Source: Squalus acanthias
Lineage: Eukaryota
Reading direction: 5' to 3'
Length of the DNA: 64,000 nt
NCBI GenBank assembly: GCA_030390025.1
Contig: CM059432.1
Location: 96,660,001-96,724,000, forward strand
Positions 63,237 through 64,000 of the stretch are shown here, piece after piece (position 1 is the stretch's first letter; each line of letters starts with the position of its first letter). The notes under the pieces are model-generated. The model did no database searches, was not told the origin of the DNA, and was given only the letters and a program-made list of their open reading frames with translations. The position numbers and the translations under genes were made by a program.

Positions 63237-64000
63237 GGCCGCGATTTCCCCTACCTGGGCGGGTCCGTGGCAGGCGAGTTCGGTGGCGGGTCGCGGCCTC
63301 GCTGCTGGCTCCATCCCGGCCTCCGAAATGACTTTCCTCTGATTGGGCTTGTTAAGCCCGCCCAGCGCGTTACCCAGCCAATAGAAGGAAGCGGGTCTGA
63401 TGACGTCATTTGATGACGCGTCATCAGCCAGTTTCCTTAAAGGGACCATGCACAAATTTACTTTGACATTTGTGCTGCCAGTGTTCTACAGCATTGAGGT
63501 GCTGCAAACACTGACAAGCACTGCACAGAGGTGCACGGCTGCACCCCGGCTCTTCCATGACTCCCTCCATATGCTTATGGAGGGAGTCACAGCACACAGG
63601 GAGGTTCTCTTCCCGTCCAATGGGCGGAAGACACTTCCCCAGGAGACTAACGCAGCCCGGTTGCACATTGCACAGGAGGGCACCAGCAGGGATGTGGTCA
63701 GGAGGACCTGGTGCAGTGGCACAAACCTTTCAGTGATCTCAGTAGATCATGAAATGTTACTGCAAAGCCACACTCAACCTCATCCTGTTGTGCCTCTCAT
63801 CACATCCCCATCACTCTGCCTTCCCTACCCTAATCCTGCACATCCTTACTCACACCAACTTACCTTGCACCTCCACCCATCCCTCCCTATCTACATTATC
63901 ACTTCCCCATCTCACTAGCCACTGCTCACACTCACCCTCATCCTAGTGCAATCATACCAACAAACAACACACAAGGGTAGGCACTTGTGTGTTTTAGCCA
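63237..64000 (+). mobile_element. Harbinger element 5' part with Myb exon 1, runs off the window
   Basis: GGCCGCGATTTCCCC start; APRLFHDSLHMLMEGVTAHREVLFPSNGRK is homologous to the 32830-33050 Myb exon. Confidence 0.75.

Overview
Eukaryotic, repeat-dominated genomic DNA, most likely from a cartilaginous fish (shark-like). This is inferred from the mix of tRNA-headed Deu-domain SINEs, CR1/L2/RTE LINEs and abundant Harbinger elements. No prokaryotic genes, rRNA, true tRNA or CRISPR array. Main content: (1) an uninterrupted Ty3/Gypsy gag-protease-RT ORF (1443 to window start, minus) that the ORF track missed; (2) many PIF/Harbinger elements: two decayed Myb/SANT + HARBI1-type transposase pairs, Myb-only derivatives and MITEs with 3-bp TSDs, several carrying G-rich minisatellites; (3) a long-LTR retroelement (36224-42472, minus) nested in a Harbinger Myb gene, with an intact ~598-aa Gag, a UGA-CUAG stop in frame with the protease, a retrovirus-type RNase H C-terminal motif and a largely deleted pol; (4) a related 1.6-kb solo LTR with a 4-bp TSD; (5) weak candidates for host-gene exons on the plus strand. 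The most notable signal is the putative readthrough Gag-Pro junction in a retrovirus-like element with discordant LTRs and no TSD. All alignments were done by eye.
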